From assembly GCF_018977255.1 (NCBI RefSeq), contig NW_024704742.1:3224001-3288000 (forward strand): DNA of 64,000 nucleotides, written 5' to 3'. The stretch is from Callorhinchus milii. Taxonomy: Eukaryota. The notes under the pieces are model-generated. The model saw only the letters and a list, made by a program, of their open reading frames with translations. It had not been told where the DNA came from and did no database searches. Below, piece after piece: positions 62,445 through 64,000 of this stretch. The translations under genes were made by a program, and so were the position numbers. Position 1 is the stretch's first letter, and the number at the start of each line of letters is the position of its first letter.

Positions 62445-62775
62445 TCTGAGGGGGAGCAGTATCGAAGAACTCCGTCCTTTGGATGAGACGTTAAACCAAG
62501 GTCCCGTCTGCCTGTTCAAGTGGATATTAAAGATCCCATGGCACTATTCGAAAAGAGAAGGGAGTTTCTCCTGGTCAACAATCCCCCTGACAAGCAAATT
62601 TAGAAAACATTCACTTCATGGCTGTTTGTGGGACATTGCTGAGAGCAAATTGGCTGCTGCATTTCGCCCACAAAATACAGAGTCAATCCACTTTCCAGTG
62701 TATCATGTGAAGCGTTTTGAAATGTCTCAACGACATGATCAGGAACCACATCAAATGTAAGAATTATTCTTATTA
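62445..62775 (+). mobile_element. Family B SINE, 5'-truncated
   Basis: GGATGAGACGTTAAACCAAGGTCCCGTCTGCCTGTTCAAGTGG, Deu core and tail. Confidence 0.9.
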
Positions 62776-63624
62776 TGAACCGTGTAAAGCAAAGACATCA
62801 CCTCCAGAACCTGCTCATTGAGACACTTTATTTTGCTGAAGGGAGGATGAAACCGGGGCTTGAAGAGTAACTGGCTGTACCGTACTACGTGATGGTGCAG
62901 TAATGGGTTTTGTACTTTTGATATGTGCTGTCAGTATCCTCCTATCCCACACTAGTGATCCAGGCATCTGTCACCAGCAGCAAACAGACTGACACAGAGC
63001 TATTTGTTTTGTAATACATTAGCATGTCTTTCTTTCATAAATTACCTGTCGTTGCCTTGTCAGGGAAATGGAGAGAGCAGATCAAGCTTGAGTGATAAAC
63101 CTGTCTGAGGTGCTGATGAATGGCGAGATAAGCTTTACCTTCAGGATAAGGAGGGATTGAGGCAGGCTGCAGGCGAGCTTCGCTTCCAGAGGTCTGGGAA
63201 GCAGAGATTCCTTTCCATCTTTACCTTGTTCACGCTCGAGACTCAGCCATGCGGTGCGAATGTCTTCATCTTAAATACTTGGGCTCCTGATTTATTGGCA
63301 CGAGTTTGGCACTGGGAGGAATACTCTTATTATAACATTCTGCTGCGCGTTGGTGGGCTGTGTTACAGCGCTCGCTAGATACTGGTGTTGAGAAGGGGTG
63401 TGTGGTGGGGGAGGGTGGGGGGGGTGGGGGTGTTGGAGGGACCCATGCTTTTGCTTTGCACCCAGAAGAAGTGTGAAAATGTGATGTGATAATTATCCCT
63501 GGTGAGAGCTGACACGCCGTGCCATGTTACGTTCCTGGACATGTCCAAACTGACACCTGCCGCGTGGAAACACCTATCTCGCGCCTCCCTCTCGCCGCAA
63601 CCTCGACTCTGCTGAAATGGTTTC

Positions 63625-63950
63625 GACCGGAAGACCAAACTCAGGACCCCTATCACACTAGTCCTTGCCAGGCTCCACTGGCTCCTTATCCCTCAAACGG
63701 GATCGATTTCAAGATCCTCACACTTGATTTCAAGCCCTTTCATGCCCTGGCACCTCCCTACCTCTCCGATCTGCTTACCCCACAACTGACAACCCACTGC
63801 CTCTGCTCGACTGACTGAGGCCTCCTGTTCAGCCAATACGCCCCCAAACTCTGGAACACTCGTCCTCTATCCCTCCGCCTTGCCCCATCCTTCCCCATCT
63901 TCACGTCACACCTGAAGACCTTCCTATTCGACCGCGCCTACGGTTATACA
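63625..63950 (+). mobile_element. L2 ORF2 C-terminal fragment
   Basis: PITLVLARLHWL, IDFKILTLDFKPFHALAPPYLSDLL and HLKTFLFDRAY peptides (frameshifted). Confidence 0.9.
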
Positions 63951-64000
63951 CCCACGCTATTAATAGGACTTTGTGTAGATCCGAAAAGCAAACACAGGCA

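Noticed and set aside
1-64000. CRISPR arrays, prokaryotic operons, rRNA and known miRNAs
   Set aside because: There is no regularly spaced repeat-spacer array and no long ORFs. Seed-like matches (miR-9, -124, -135, -181, -190) did not extend into the mature sequences on manual inspection.

Overview
This is 64 kb of non-coding vertebrate DNA, either a large intron or a gene desert. The repeat content points to a cartilaginous fish, probably a chimaera or elephant-shark relative (inference): tRNA-Ala-headed Deu-domain SINEs with L2-type tails, SacSINE1-like SINEs, shark-type CR1 and L2 LINE 3' ends, and a Penelope-type palindrome. The only recognisable protein sequence is decayed CR1/L2 ORF2. 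I found no host-gene exon, rRNA, true tRNA, known miRNA or CRISPR array, and most ORF-track entries are read-throughs of repeats. Between the repeats are TE-free blocks rich in homeodomain, TALE, Sox, POU and RFX motifs that look like conserved non-coding elements. I found no convincing new biological system. The best leads are a CR1 with an in-frame deletion of its RT core, a possible AC/GT-structured intron, LF-SINE-like and other ancient SINE relics, a tail-to-tail CR1 hairpin, a young internally deleted SINE subfamily, and a CpG-rich island with a nearly open reading frame. Repeat boundaries are approximate (about 20-30 bp) and family names come from remembered consensus motifs, not from a database search.
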